From Chloracidobacterium sp. (GTDB lineage: Bacteria; Acidobacteriota; Blastocatellia; Pyrinomonadales; Pyrinomonadaceae), in the NCBI GenBank assembly GCA_031370285.1, contig JANMQG010000057.1, forward strand, positions 33,502 to 97,501: a stretch of 64,000 nt of DNA, given 5' to 3'. Each line of letters begins with the position of its first letter. The stretch's first letter is position 1. Of the stretch, positions 46,024 to 54,858 are shown one piece after another. The position numbers were made by a program, and so were the translations under genes. The notes below the pieces were generated by a model. The model was not told the origin of the DNA and made no database searches. It worked only from the letters and a program-made list of their open reading frames with translations.

Positions 46024-46560
46024 ATGCCTGAACCAGAAATTGCTCGACGCTGTCCCACCTGCGGCGCATCAATTCGCGAGGTAGCCCTCTTCTGTCCGCA
46101 ATGTGGCAACGCGCAGCCACACCGGCAAGCGCGCGCCGCAGCCGCACTCCCAGAAACGACTTCTAAAAGTACAGCCCCCCTGGAAGACTCAGAGGCCGAG
46201 GCGCCGCAGAAGTCTATGTCCGACACAATCGCGATTGAGAGACCTGAAGATGCGCCCAAAGTTCCGGCTAACGCGCGATCTATGTCTGACACTATCGCGA
46301 TTGAGAGACCTGAAGAAACGCCCAAAATCTCGGCTAGTCCAAACGTACGTGGAGCGGTGGGCGCAAAGCTGCAGCGTGCCACCACGCTCGTGCGTGATGT
46401 CGAAGGCGACGTGATTTATCGAGTGCAGAAAGTGCGTGAGATCTCCAGTGTAGTTTTGGATGAAGCGGGAAACGATCCCGGGCTGCGTTTTTTGCTGGTC
46501 GCCGGAATCCTCTTTGTTCTGTTTCTCGTCATTGTGTTGTTGAATAGATTGATTACGTAG
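46024..46560 (+). CDS. zinc-ribbon protein with C-terminal TM anchor and internal 22-aa tandem repeat
   Basis: CPTCGASIREVALFCPQCG. SMSDTIAIERPE(D/E) twice (DNA repeat 46213-46250 / 46279-46316, period 66). C-terminal LRFLLVAGILFVLFLVIVLL. Confidence 0.65.
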   Translation: MPEPEIARRCPTCGASIREVALFCPQCGNAQPHRQARAAAALPETTSKSTAPLEDSEAEAPQKSMSDTIAIERPEDAPKVPANARSMSDTIAIERPEETPKISASPNVRGAVGAKLQRATTLVRDVEGDVIYRVQKVREISSVVLDEAGNDPGLRFLLVAGILFVLFLVIVLLNRLIT

Positions 46561-46654
46561 AGTTTTTAGTTTTGAGTTTTGAGTTTAAGGAAGAGCCACA
46601 CCAGCGAAAGCCGCGTATCTCAAAACTAAAAACTCAAAACTCAAAACTTAGAAC
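46561..46654. repeat. tandem-heptamer hairpin (GTTTTGA arms)
   Basis: agtttttagttttgagttttgagtttaag / 29-nt loop / ctcaaaactaaaaactcaaaactcaaaacttagaac. Confidence 0.85.
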
Positions 46655-46663
46655 TAGAAAACC

Positions 46664-48025
46664 ATGGAATATTCGCAAGCAGAAATCCTTCAAACCGTCG
46701 CGATGACGGAAATGGAACACCTGGACGTTCGCACCGTAACGCTGGGTCTGAGTCTGCGCGACTGCGCCAGCGAAACAATCACGCGCACCGCCGAACGCGC
46801 GGTGGAAAAAATTCACCGGTTCGCCGATGTTTTGGTTCAGACTGTCGACGCGATAGGCGACGAATTTGGGATACGCATCGCCCACAAGAGAATCGCGATA
46901 ACGCCGGTGTCGATGATTACGGAAAGCGCCTCCGGCGATCCGGTCAACCTGGCACGTGCGATTGACGAGGTCGCAGCCGCAGTCGGCGTGGATTTTATTG
47001 GTGGCTATTCCGCGCTGGTTCACAAGGGAGCCACCGATTCCGAGCGCGAGTTTATGAACTCCATTCCCGAAGCGCTCTCCGTCACCAAGAGGTTGTGTTC
47101 ATCTGTGAACGTTGCGACCACGCGCGCCGGCATAAACATGGACGCGGTGCGGCAGGTGGGAATCATCATCAAGGAAGCCGCCGAGCGCACCAGCAACGAA
47201 GGCGGCATCGCCTGCGCAAAGTTTGTCTGTTTTGCGAATTCAGTTGAAGACAATCCCTTCATGGCCGGAGCTTTTCACGGGCTCGGCGAACCCGAGGCCG
47301 TGATCAATGTCGGCGTGTCCGGCCCCGGCGTTGTTAACTATGCCATCAGGCATGCCGCGCCAGATCTGCCGCTGCAGGAGTTAGCCGAAATCATTAAGAA
47401 GCTTTCGTTCAAACTTTCGCGCGCCGGCGAACTGGTGGGCAGGGAAGCCGCGCGCCGTCTGGGAATTCCTTTCGGCATTATTGATTTGTCACTCGCGCCG
47501 ACACCTGTGCCAGGTGATTCAGTGGCAAACATAATCGAGGCGATGGGTTTTGAAAGAGCGGGAACTCATGGCACCACTGCCGCGCTCGCCTTGCTTACCG
47601 ATGCAGTCAAAAAGGGCGGGGCGATGGCGAGCGGATCTGTCGGCGGTATGAGCGGCGCGTTCATTCCCGTTTCCGAGGACGCGGGCATGATCGAGGCCGT
47701 CCGCCTCGGCGCGCTTTCGCTCGATAAACTCGAAGCCTGGACCAGCGTCTGTTCTGTCGGTATTGATATGGTGGCCGTGCCCGGCTCAACTTCGGCCGAG
47801 ACTATCTCCGCAATCATTGCCGACGAGATGGCTATCGGTGTGATGAATAACAAGACCACGGCCGTCAGGATCATCCCGGCGCCCGGCCGGGTGGTAGGTG
47901 AGATGGTTGAGTTTGGCGGCCTGCTTGGCAGCGCGCCGATAATGGCAGTAAACGCGTTTTCGTCGGCCGGCTTCATCCATCGTGGCGGCCGCATTCCGGC
48001 GCCGATCCATTCGCTGCGGAACTAA
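46664..48025 (+). CDS. UPF0210 / DUF711 family protein
   Basis: 453 aa. N-terminus [27 protein letters not shown] and the length match my memory of the UPF0210 family, which is normally paired with a UPF0237 ACT protein. Confidence 0.8.
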   Translation: MEYSQAEILQTVAMTEMEHLDVRTVTLGLSLRDCASETITRTAERAVEKIHRFADVLVQTVDAIGDEFGIRIAHKRIAITPVSMITESASGDPVNLARAIDEVAAAVGVDFIGGYSALVHKGATDSEREFMNSIPEALSVTKRLCSSVNVATTRAGINMDAVRQVGIIIKEAAERTSNEGGIACAKFVCFANSVEDNPFMAGAFHGLGEPEAVINVGVSGPGVVNYAIRHAAPDLPLQELAEIIKKLSFKLSRAGELVGREAARRLGIPFGIIDLSLAPTPVPGDSVANIIEAMGFERAGTHGTTAALALLTDAVKKGGAMASGSVGGMSGAFIPVSEDAGMIEAVRLGALSLDKLEAWTSVCSVGIDMVAVPGSTSAETISAIIADEMAIGVMNNKTTAVRIIPAPGRVVGEMVEFGGLLGSAPIMAVNAFSSAGFIHRGGRIPAPIHSLRN

Positions 48026-48037
48026 AGCCGGGTAACA

Positions 48038-48171
48038 GAGCCCTCCATAACTGTCGGGCTACTGCCCCGGCGGAGATTGCGCGTGAATTCTCAAGTCTCG
48101 GCTGCTCGCGTCACTCAAAAATGGGCTTGCGGCGTAGCACGGGGCAGTAGCCCGACAGTTATGGAGGGCTC
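48038..48171. repeat. perfect 32-bp inverted repeat, 134-bp MITE/REPIN-like unit
   Basis: gagccctccataactgtcgggctactgccccg (48038-48069) and its exact reverse complement (48140-48171), 70-nt loop. Confidence 0.85.
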
Positions 48172-48273
48172 CGCTAACCCAACACTCAATCCTGGAGATG
48201 CCAATCTTTTCGTGCGGGACGCCCACGGTCTGGCAGATATGAAGATGGTCCTTATTAATTTGAATCAATAGGC

Positions 48274-48744
48274 ATGAGCTGTACGCCCAACACTCTTCGT
48301 CAAATCGCGCGCCGAAAATTCCACCGCTTCATCTTTTGCGCGGCCGGCATTTACAACATCGTCTGGGGTCTCTACTCAGTTTGGGACCCGCAGTGGTTGT
48401 TCCGATACTCTGGTCTGCCGCTACAAAACCATCCACAGATCTTCGCTTGCCTCGGTATGGTGGTGGGATTGTATGGGATTATTTATTTCGAGGTCGCGCG
48501 CGTTCCCGAGCGCGGCTGGTTGCTGGCCGCCGTCGGGCTGACAGGGAAAGTGCTTGGCCCCATCGGCCTCTTCCGCTTGATCTGGAGCAGTACGTGGCCG
48601 CGGGCGACGATGGTGTTGTCGCTCACAAACGATCTGATCTGGTGGGTCCCATTCGCCCTATATCTCTACGATGCCTGGCCGGCGTTTCGACAAGATGTAT
48701 TCCAAACGGTGAGCAACAAAGACTCTGGACAAATTGCAGGCTAA
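48274..48744 (+). CDS. hypothetical 4-TM membrane protein
   Basis: 156 aa with four hydrophobic segments. No SD seen, no motif recognised. Confidence 0.5.
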   Translation: MSCTPNTLRQIARRKFHRFIFCAAGIYNIVWGLYSVWDPQWLFRYSGLPLQNHPQIFACLGMVVGLYGIIYFEVARVPERGWLLAAVGLTGKVLGPIGLFRLIWSSTWPRATMVLSLTNDLIWWVPFALYLYDAWPAFRQDVFQTVSNKDSGQIAG

Positions 48745-48794
48745 GGCTTAAGTTCTACCTATTCAACGGCAGCATAAGGAGCGGCGAAGAAAAA

Positions 48795-49118
48795 ATGGCA
48801 GAAGCACTCGGCATGGTTGAATGCATGGGACTGGTCGCGATGATCGAAGCGGCTGACGCAATGGTCAAAGCTGCTAACGTACGCCTCGTCGGCTGGGAAA
48901 AGATCGACGCCGGTTTAGTCACGGCGATAGTGAGGGGCGACGTCGCTGCGGTGCGTGCGGCCGTCGATGCCGGAGCTGCCGCCGGCAGCAAAGTCGGCAA
49001 GGTTGTTGCTACCCACGTAATTCCGCAACCGCATGGCGATGTCGATCTGGGGTTGCCGGTCCTGCAAACAGGTGAAACAACCAAGAAGAAGATTAGCGGT
49101 TCAGTTCGCGCGAAATGA
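48795..49118 (+). CDS. BMC-H (hexamer) shell protein, second paralog
   Basis: From ATG 48795 (AAGGAG upstream): [58 protein letters not shown]. Confidence 0.9.
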   Translation: MAEALGMVECMGLVAMIEAADAMVKAANVRLVGWEKIDAGLVTAIVRGDVAAVRAAVDAGAAAGSKVGKVVATHVIPQPHGDVDLGLPVLQTGETTKKKISGSVRAK

Positions 49119-49301
49119 ATCCACAGATTTCGCAGATTACACCGATTCCGTAAAGACAAAAAAAATCGAACGCGAGTGAGAGGACGTTTCCAACAGTCTG
49201 CTTGCTTCTCTATCCCGAAACCAGAGAAAGGGTGTGATCATAAACCAGCCTTTCTGTTCAGGCTTATTCATATCTGTGTAATCTGCGAAATCTATGGATT
49301 C
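49117..49301. repeat. 26-bp inverted repeat with about 133-nt loop after BMC-H2
   Basis: gaatccacagatttcgcagattacac (49117-49142) versus gtgtaatctgcgaaatctatggattc (49276-49301), 1 mismatch. Confidence 0.75.
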
Positions 49302-49330
49302 GGTCCTAAGCTGCTGATTCCTGACCTCAA

Positions 49331-49972
49331 ATGAGTTTGACTCTCTATCTTCTTCGTCACGGACAAACCGCACTCAGTCGCGACGACGTCTTCTGTGGGT
49401 CCGGCCTTGATCCCGAGTTGACGCCGGAGGGCTTGCAGATGGCCAGGGCTTTCGCAGCGGCCTACAGCGCGAAACCCTGGCGTGCAATTTATTCCAGCAG
49501 TCTGCGACGAGGTATCGACACCGCTCAGCCGCTCTGCGATGAGCTGAAAATCTCAATTCAGGTACGCGCGGATCTAAATGAGATCGGCTATGGCAAATGG
49601 GAAGGACAAAACAGAGAGAACGTCGCCCGCGAATATCACGACGACTACGTGAGTTGGCTCGCCGATCCGGCCTGGCATGCGCCGACTGGCGGCGAGCTGG
49701 CGATCACGGTAGCCACGCGCAGCTTGCGGGTGATTGATGAAATCAAGCAGCAGTTTGCGGAGGGAAATGTCCTGATCGTTTCTCACAAGGCGACCATAAG
49801 AATAATTCTTTGCAGCCTGCTGGGGATCGATGTGGGCCGCTTTCGTTACCGGCTCGGCTGCCCGGTAGGTTCGGTTAGCGTGATTGAGTTTTCCCTCGAA
49901 GGTCCGCTGTTGCATTCATTGGCTGATCGTTTACACTTGAGTGAATCGTTGCGAGCCTTGCCTGGTACGTGA
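49331..49972 (+). CDS. histidine phosphatase family protein (phosphoglycerate mutase / CobC-like)
   Basis: LYLLRHGQT catalytic RHG motif, and a later SHKATIR. Confidence 0.85.
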   Translation: MSLTLYLLRHGQTALSRDDVFCGSGLDPELTPEGLQMARAFAAAYSAKPWRAIYSSSLRRGIDTAQPLCDELKISIQVRADLNEIGYGKWEGQNRENVAREYHDDYVSWLADPAWHAPTGGELAITVATRSLRVIDEIKQQFAEGNVLIVSHKATIRIILCSLLGIDVGRFRYRLGCPVGSVSVIEFSLEGPLLHSLADRLHLSESLRALPGT

Positions 49973-50018
49973 CACATGACGACAAACAAATCACGCTCGA
50001 TGGCTGACTAAAACACCT

Positions 50019-50825
50019 ATGCGACACTCACTCCCCCGGCTGATATTCACACTGCCTCTGCTGCTTCTTGTTCTAGCTGCAACTGCCGTCGCTCAACAAC
50101 CCTTCGTCACGGACGACGCAGACACCACGCCGAAAGGCCGTTTCCATTTCGAGTTCAGTAATGAGTTTGATCTGCTGCAGCGCTCGGCCTTTCCCAGTCT
50201 TAAGCAGAACACGGCTGACTTCGAACTCGACTACGGACTTTTTGACGGAGTGGAGATTGGTATTGCGGCGCCACTGCTAACAATCTTCAACGCCGCGGGC
50301 ACAATTCCCAAGACGACTTCCGGAATCGGGGACACCAACATTGCGCTGAAATACAACTTCCTGACAGAGCATGAGGATTCGCGCCTGCCGGCAATGGCAA
50401 TTGCCTTCAACCTGGAGTTACCAACGGGCGACCCAAGCCGACAGCTCGGTTCAGGTTTAGCGGATTTCTACATGAACGGCATTCTGCAGAAGTCTCTGAC
50501 CAGTAAAACGAAGTTGCGACTTAACGGCGGCATTCTGTTTTCCGGCAACGAGACGACGGGTGTGGTTGGAATCAAATCCCGCGGCACTGTGTTCACAGGA
50601 GGCGGGTCGCTCGTTAAGCAGTTTTCTCCAAAACTCCAACTTGGCATTGAACTCACCGGCGCGGTCGAGAAGAATTTCCAGCTTGGTAAGGGACAACTAC
50701 AAACTCTGTTCGGCGGCAACTACCAATTCAAGAATAATATGTCATTCGACTTCGGAATAATTGGAGGGAAATACGCAGCCAGCCCGCGAGCGGGTGTACA
50801 GCTTGGCCTGTCAGTAGACTTTTGA
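50019..50825 (+). CDS. outer-membrane beta-barrel transporter (MetA-pathway-of-phenol-degradation-like family)
   Basis: Signal peptide, QQPFVTDDADT start of the mature protein, alternating beta-strand pattern, C-terminal LGLSVDF. Confidence 0.7.
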   Translation: MRHSLPRLIFTLPLLLLVLAATAVAQQPFVTDDADTTPKGRFHFEFSNEFDLLQRSAFPSLKQNTADFELDYGLFDGVEIGIAAPLLTIFNAAGTIPKTTSGIGDTNIALKYNFLTEHEDSRLPAMAIAFNLELPTGDPSRQLGSGLADFYMNGILQKSLTSKTKLRLNGGILFSGNETTGVVGIKSRGTVFTGGGSLVKQFSPKLQLGIELTGAVEKNFQLGKGQLQTLFGGNYQFKNNMSFDFGIIGGKYAASPRAGVQLGLSVDF

Positions 50826-50939
50826 GCGGCGGCGTTCAAAGGCCTCACGCCCGATGTTGATCAATACCGAATCAGGTCAGTATGAGGCTGATCACACACC
50901 GGATTAGCATTCGCTTTCGACAAAATCCGTTGCCGCTGC

Positions 50940-51119
50940 TCAAAAGGGCGAATTGTAGCTGATGACATGCTTGGCGAATACTCCGTACACGTGACCACAC
51001 GCGCAGCAATAAGCGACATTGAATCGCTCATCCCCAGCCTCGGATTTTTCCACGCTATCTTGGGATACGATCTTATCTATCCCTTCCGCGCCGCATTTAG
51101 GACACTTCGGCTCTGCCAT
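50940..51119 (-). CDS. small zinc-ribbon protein (59 aa), absent from ORF track
   Basis: Own translation: MAEPKCPKCGAEGIDKIVSQDSVEKSEAGDERFNVAYCCACGHVYGVFAKHVISYNSPF. Strong RBS GAGGAGGAG 7 nt upstream of ATG 51119. Confidence 0.55.
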   Translation of the reverse strand: MAEPKCPKCGAEGIDKIVSQDSVEKSEAGDERFNVAYCCACGHVYGVFAKHVISYNSPF

Positions 51120-51261
51120 CTAAACTCCTCCTCGGTAAATGAAGTCCTGCTGATGTTACCATTGCGTGCCGACGTAAGAGTTTTATCGCGTCGAGCGCCG
51201 CAAAGCGAGCTATCATAACCCCCCTGGACAATCAGACAGTAAGTATCTGGAGGGCTGAACG

Positions 51262-51738
51262 ATGCCAAAGAAGAAAAGAAACGGACTCGGTCAATTGCTG
51301 GAGCGCTTCTCGCGCAAGGTGACGGAGGCCACCGGAACCTCAAGCGCCTTCATCATCGCTTTGCTGATAATTGTCATCTGGATAATTACCGGCCCATTGT
51401 TTCACTTTTCCGATACCTGGCAGTTGGTAATCAACACCGGGACAACCATCGTTACGTTCCTGATGGTCTTCCTGATTCAGCGCAGCCAAAACAAGGATGC
51501 GCTGGCGATTCACCTGAAGCTGAACGAAATTGTGGCGGCGTTGGAAGGCGCCAGCAATCGGTTGATTGACGTGGAAGACTTGACTGAAGCAGAAATCAAA
51601 ACGCTTCACGTTCACTATCAGAAACTTGTGGCCATGGCGAAAAAGGATATAAAGCTGACGCAAAGTCATTCAATCGAAGAAGCTGAGGCTCGTCACGAAG
51701 TGAAACACAAGAAGCACCGCCACTCGGCAAAGTCGTGA
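51262..51738 (+). CDS. low-affinity iron permease family protein
   Basis: FSRKVTEATGTSSAFIIALLIIVIWIITGPLFHFSDTWQLVINTGTTIVTFLMVFLIQRSQNKD pattern. Confidence 0.8.
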   Translation: MPKKKRNGLGQLLERFSRKVTEATGTSSAFIIALLIIVIWIITGPLFHFSDTWQLVINTGTTIVTFLMVFLIQRSQNKDALAIHLKLNEIVAALEGASNRLIDVEDLTEAEIKTLHVHYQKLVAMAKKDIKLTQSHSIEEAEARHEVKHKKHRHSAKS

Positions 51739-51752
51739 TTAGAAAGCTTCGT

Positions 51753-53135
51753 TCAGAGTAACCAAACTGAACAAGTGAGGAAACAAATGACCGCACCGAT
51801 AACGTTGGGTTTCTCGTCTGCATGAGGCAATTTGGGAGCTTTCGGGTCTTGGGGAATGAACCGAACTCGGCGGATGCGGCGGCCTTCCAGACGTTCGACT
51901 ATGAAATTACCGCCATTGTAGTTGATGAAGTCTCCTTCGTTTAGAAGTCGGCCGGCCTGGGCCATCAGAAAGCCTGCAATCGTATTGAATCCCTCATGCT
52001 CTGGCAATTGCAGCTGAAGAATGCGATTCGCATCGCGTACAACCAACCTCCCGCTGAGCACGTAAGAATCGCCATCCTTCACGATCTGCTCCCTTACCTC
52101 TTCGTCAAACTCATCATCAATTTCTCCAACAATCTCTTCCAGTAAATCTTCCAGCGTAATAATTCCTTCAAGGCCACCATGTTCATCGACGACGCACGCC
52201 AGATGAGTCCTGGTTGTCTGCATCTGCTTCAGCACCGATACTAAACGCGCACCGTCAGGTATGAACACTACCGGATGCATTATTGCTCGCAGCGCAAATG
52301 GCAGGTTGGAATTCTCGAGGAATGGCTCTATGTCTCTACGAAAAACGATGCCGATCACATCGTCGAGCCGTTCCTGGTAGACAGGCATGCGGGAGTATCC
52401 CGTTGTACGAAAGACGTTTTTGGTCTCCTCTAGAGTTGCCGATAGCGGCAGAGCTGAGACCGCGGTCCTCGGTATCATCGCTTCGCGTACTTCAGTCTCC
52501 CTGAAATCAAATACGCGGTTAATTAATTTTTGCTGATCGGCTCCAAGATGTCCGCCTTCGCGCGAGGCGTTGATGAGTTGGCGGATTTCTTCTTCACTGT
52601 AAATCGAAGCGTGCTCGCCCGAAGGATGTAGTCCAAACAAGCTCACGGTGCGGGTACCGGCCCAGTCGAGCAGGCGTATCGGCCAACGAAAGAGTTTGTA
52701 AAAGAGATGAAGGGGACGGGCCACTGCCAGCGCTATTTTTTCCGTGCGCTCCAGCGCGAGGGTTTTTGGAGCCAGTTCGCCCAAGACGATATGCAGAAAG
52801 GTGATCAGCGTAAAGGCGAGGGCGAAAGCGATCGTATCGAGTACGGCATCAGAAACCCGACCCTTGAGGGGAGCTTCGAGCAAGTGTGCGAAGACAGGCT
52901 CGCCAATCCAGCCGAGAGCGAGAGAAGCCATCGTGATGCCGAGCTGCGTGGCTGAAATATAAGCGTTCAGGCTATCGATTAACTCGAGCAGGAGCTTTGC
53001 GCGGAGATTGCCATCCTGGGCCAGCGCCGCGACTCGCGAGCGGCGAACACCGACCAGTGCGAATTCGGCGGCAACGAAAAAGCCGTTCGTCAGGACCAGC
53101 AGAATAACCAGGAGAAGATATGAAACCGAAACCAC
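51753..53135 (-). CDS. CNNM/hemolysin-family transporter (DUF21 - CBS pair - CorC_HlyC)
   Basis: LTNGFFVAAEFALV N-terminal DUF21, CBS pair, C-terminal ...FIVERLEGRRIRRVRF. Confidence 0.9.
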   Translation of the reverse strand: MVSVSYLLLVILLVLTNGFFVAAEFALVGVRRSRVAALAQDGNLRAKLLLELIDSLNAYISATQLGITMASLALGWIGEPVFAHLLEAPLKGRVSDAVLDTIAFALAFTLITFLHIVLGELAPKTLALERTEKIALAVARPLHLFYKLFRWPIRLLDWAGTRTVSLFGLHPSGEHASIYSEEEIRQLINASREGGHLGADQQKLINRVFDFRETEVREAMIPRTAVSALPLSATLEETKNVFRTTGYSRMPVYQERLDDVIGIVFRRDIEPFLENSNLPFALRAIMHPVVFIPDGARLVSVLKQMQTTRTHLACVVDEHGGLEGIITLEDLLEEIVGEIDDEFDEEVREQIVKDGDSYVLSGRLVVRDANRILQLQLPEHEGFNTIAGFLMAQAGRLLNEGDFINYNGGNFIVERLEGRRIRRVRFIPQDPKAPKLPHADEKPNVIGAVICFLTCSVWLL

Positions 53136-53291
53136 TGCACTAGTATGCTAGGTTTTTGTCAGGCGCGCGTCAAACTAACCTCAAGATCTACCAACAACGC
53201 CAGTGGGTGCGCACAGACGTTCATTGAACAGACCCCCAAGGAACCAGGAAGCCAGCGAGCCGAACTGCGGTGCTTGTTTGGAGGGGCTGAC

Positions 53292-54137
53292 TCAGGAGCT
53301 GGAACTAAGCGCCTTCTCGAGTTTCTCAAAACGCGCCATCATGTTTTCATAAATGCGGTCGGTCTTTTCGTGCAGGTGGGCGACCTCAAGTTCCGCCTTT
53401 ATGTTTACCTCGTATTCAATGTCGGCTCGCACCTTGTCTTTTTCCGCCTGGCGGTTCTGACTGATCAGGACGAAGCACGCGAGAAAAATCGCTTCCAGCG
53501 AAACGATCATAGTTAGAAGACCGAAGGGGAAGGGATCGAAAGCATGGTCGCGCAGAATAAAGGTATTGAGTGAGACCCAGATGATAAACCAGAATGTATG
53601 CGAAAAGAGAAAAGGCATGCTGCCGCTAAACCAAGCGAGCCAGTCGGCAATCCGTTGGAGGAAGGTGGAGTGGACTTCCATTTCCTCGTTGAGATTTCGC
53701 GAGACGCGGGTGCGCAGCAGTTCATCAGCTTTGCGCGTCAGGCCACTCAAGGCGGCCAGCATGTGAAGCGCCGCTTCGGGTTTGCGCTGAAAGAGCAACA
53801 CCAGATCGTCGCGATCAAGGACCAGGACTTCGCAATCCGTTAGCGCCATTGCCGTAGCGGTGCGCGGACCCGTGTCGAGCATCGCCAATTCGCCAAACAT
53901 ATCGCCCTGTTCCGCTGTCGTGAGAACGATCTTCTGACCCGCCGTGTCTTTGATAAAGAGTTCGATTTCTCCCACTCGGACGATGAATAGCGAGTCGCCG
54001 GGGTCACCCGCGTGGAAAAGCGTGTGGCCTTCCGGGACTGTCAATTCATCGACGACCGCGGCAAGGGCGATTCGATCATCTTCATTAAGGAGTTCGAACA
54101 TCGTGATGTTCGCAAGAAAACTGGGGTCACAGGGCAT
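53292..54137 (-). CDS. cyclic-nucleotide-binding domain fused to DUF1003 membrane domain
   Basis: cNMP fold (FGELAMLD..PRTATAMA) followed by FDPFPFGLLTMIVSLEAIFLACFVLISQNRQ. Confidence 0.85.
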   Translation of the reverse strand: MPCDPSFLANITMFELLNEDDRIALAAVVDELTVPEGHTLFHAGDPGDSLFIVRVGEIELFIKDTAGQKIVLTTAEQGDMFGELAMLDTGPRTATAMALTDCEVLVLDRDDLVLLFQRKPEAALHMLAALSGLTRKADELLRTRVSRNLNEEMEVHSTFLQRIADWLAWFSGSMPFLFSHTFWFIIWVSLNTFILRDHAFDPFPFGLLTMIVSLEAIFLACFVLISQNRQAEKDKVRADIEYEVNIKAELEVAHLHEKTDRIYENMMARFEKLEKALSSSS

Positions 54138-54360
54138 TGGCGGTTCCTCTCTGACAAGCGGGCTGCGCTAGAAGAGCCCGACATTATAGTCCAAGTTGTC
54201 TTAATAGTGAGTTGGTCAAGCGAGCCTCAGACGCTTTCGGCTTTGATTCGTCACACGTTGCGAGAGGCAGCAGCTAAGGGTTAATCAAAGTGCCTCGTCT
54301 AAATATCGTTGGTGGGCAAAGAGGTTTGCAGGAAACTTGTATAATATTTGTTAGGCCCAC

Positions 54361-54726
54361 TTGACAATTAACCAAACATCTACCGAGTTTCTCTTCTCGT
54401 ATGGGACGCTGCAGCTCGAGGCAGTGCAGATAGCCACGTTTGGTCGGCTATTAGCCGGTACAAGCGATTCCTTAGCCGGGTTCGAACAGGTGATGTTAAA
54501 GATCGAAGACCAAGCGGTAGTTGCAGTTAGCGGAAAGGCGCACCATACGATCGCCAGGTTCACCGGGCGCGCCTCCGATGTAGTATTCGGAACAGTGTTT
54601 CGCGTCACAGCAGATGACATTCAGAATGCCGACAGGTACGAAGTCGACGCGTGCAAACGAGTAGCGGTGACCCTCCGATCAGGAGCACGCGCATGGGTGT
54701 ACGTTGACGCACAATATATCCCGTAA
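54361..54726 (+). CDS. gamma-glutamylcyclotransferase-like (AIG2/GGACT) protein
   Basis: LFSYGTLQ N-terminal motif, about 120 aa, TTG start. Confidence 0.65.
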   Translation: MTINQTSTEFLFSYGTLQLEAVQIATFGRLLAGTSDSLAGFEQVMLKIEDQAVVAVSGKAHHTIARFTGRASDVVFGTVFRVTADDIQNADRYEVDACKRVAVTLRSGARAWVYVDAQYIP

Positions 54727-54858
54727 TTCATGGCGCGCCGTGGTCGAGATTTCGGATCCAACTTAAGACACTCCCGGTAGCTGAGCGGTGCGGGCTGAAG
54801 GCTGTGAGCATAAAGCGTCACCGCCTAAGAATCCGTGCTGCCGATCCGCTCTGCTTAC

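Noticed and set aside
42914-46654. Heptamer arrays as a possible CRISPR array
   Set aside because: The repeats are contiguous 7-8-mers with no spacers, arranged as inverted arms, and each site has a different unit. No cas genes are in the window.
48336-48794. N-terminal 153 codons of the 260-aa ORF 48336-49118
   Set aside because: Only the part from ATG 48795 (with AAGGAG RBS) is a BMC domain. The upstream part is Arg-rich and overlaps the 4-TM gene in another frame.
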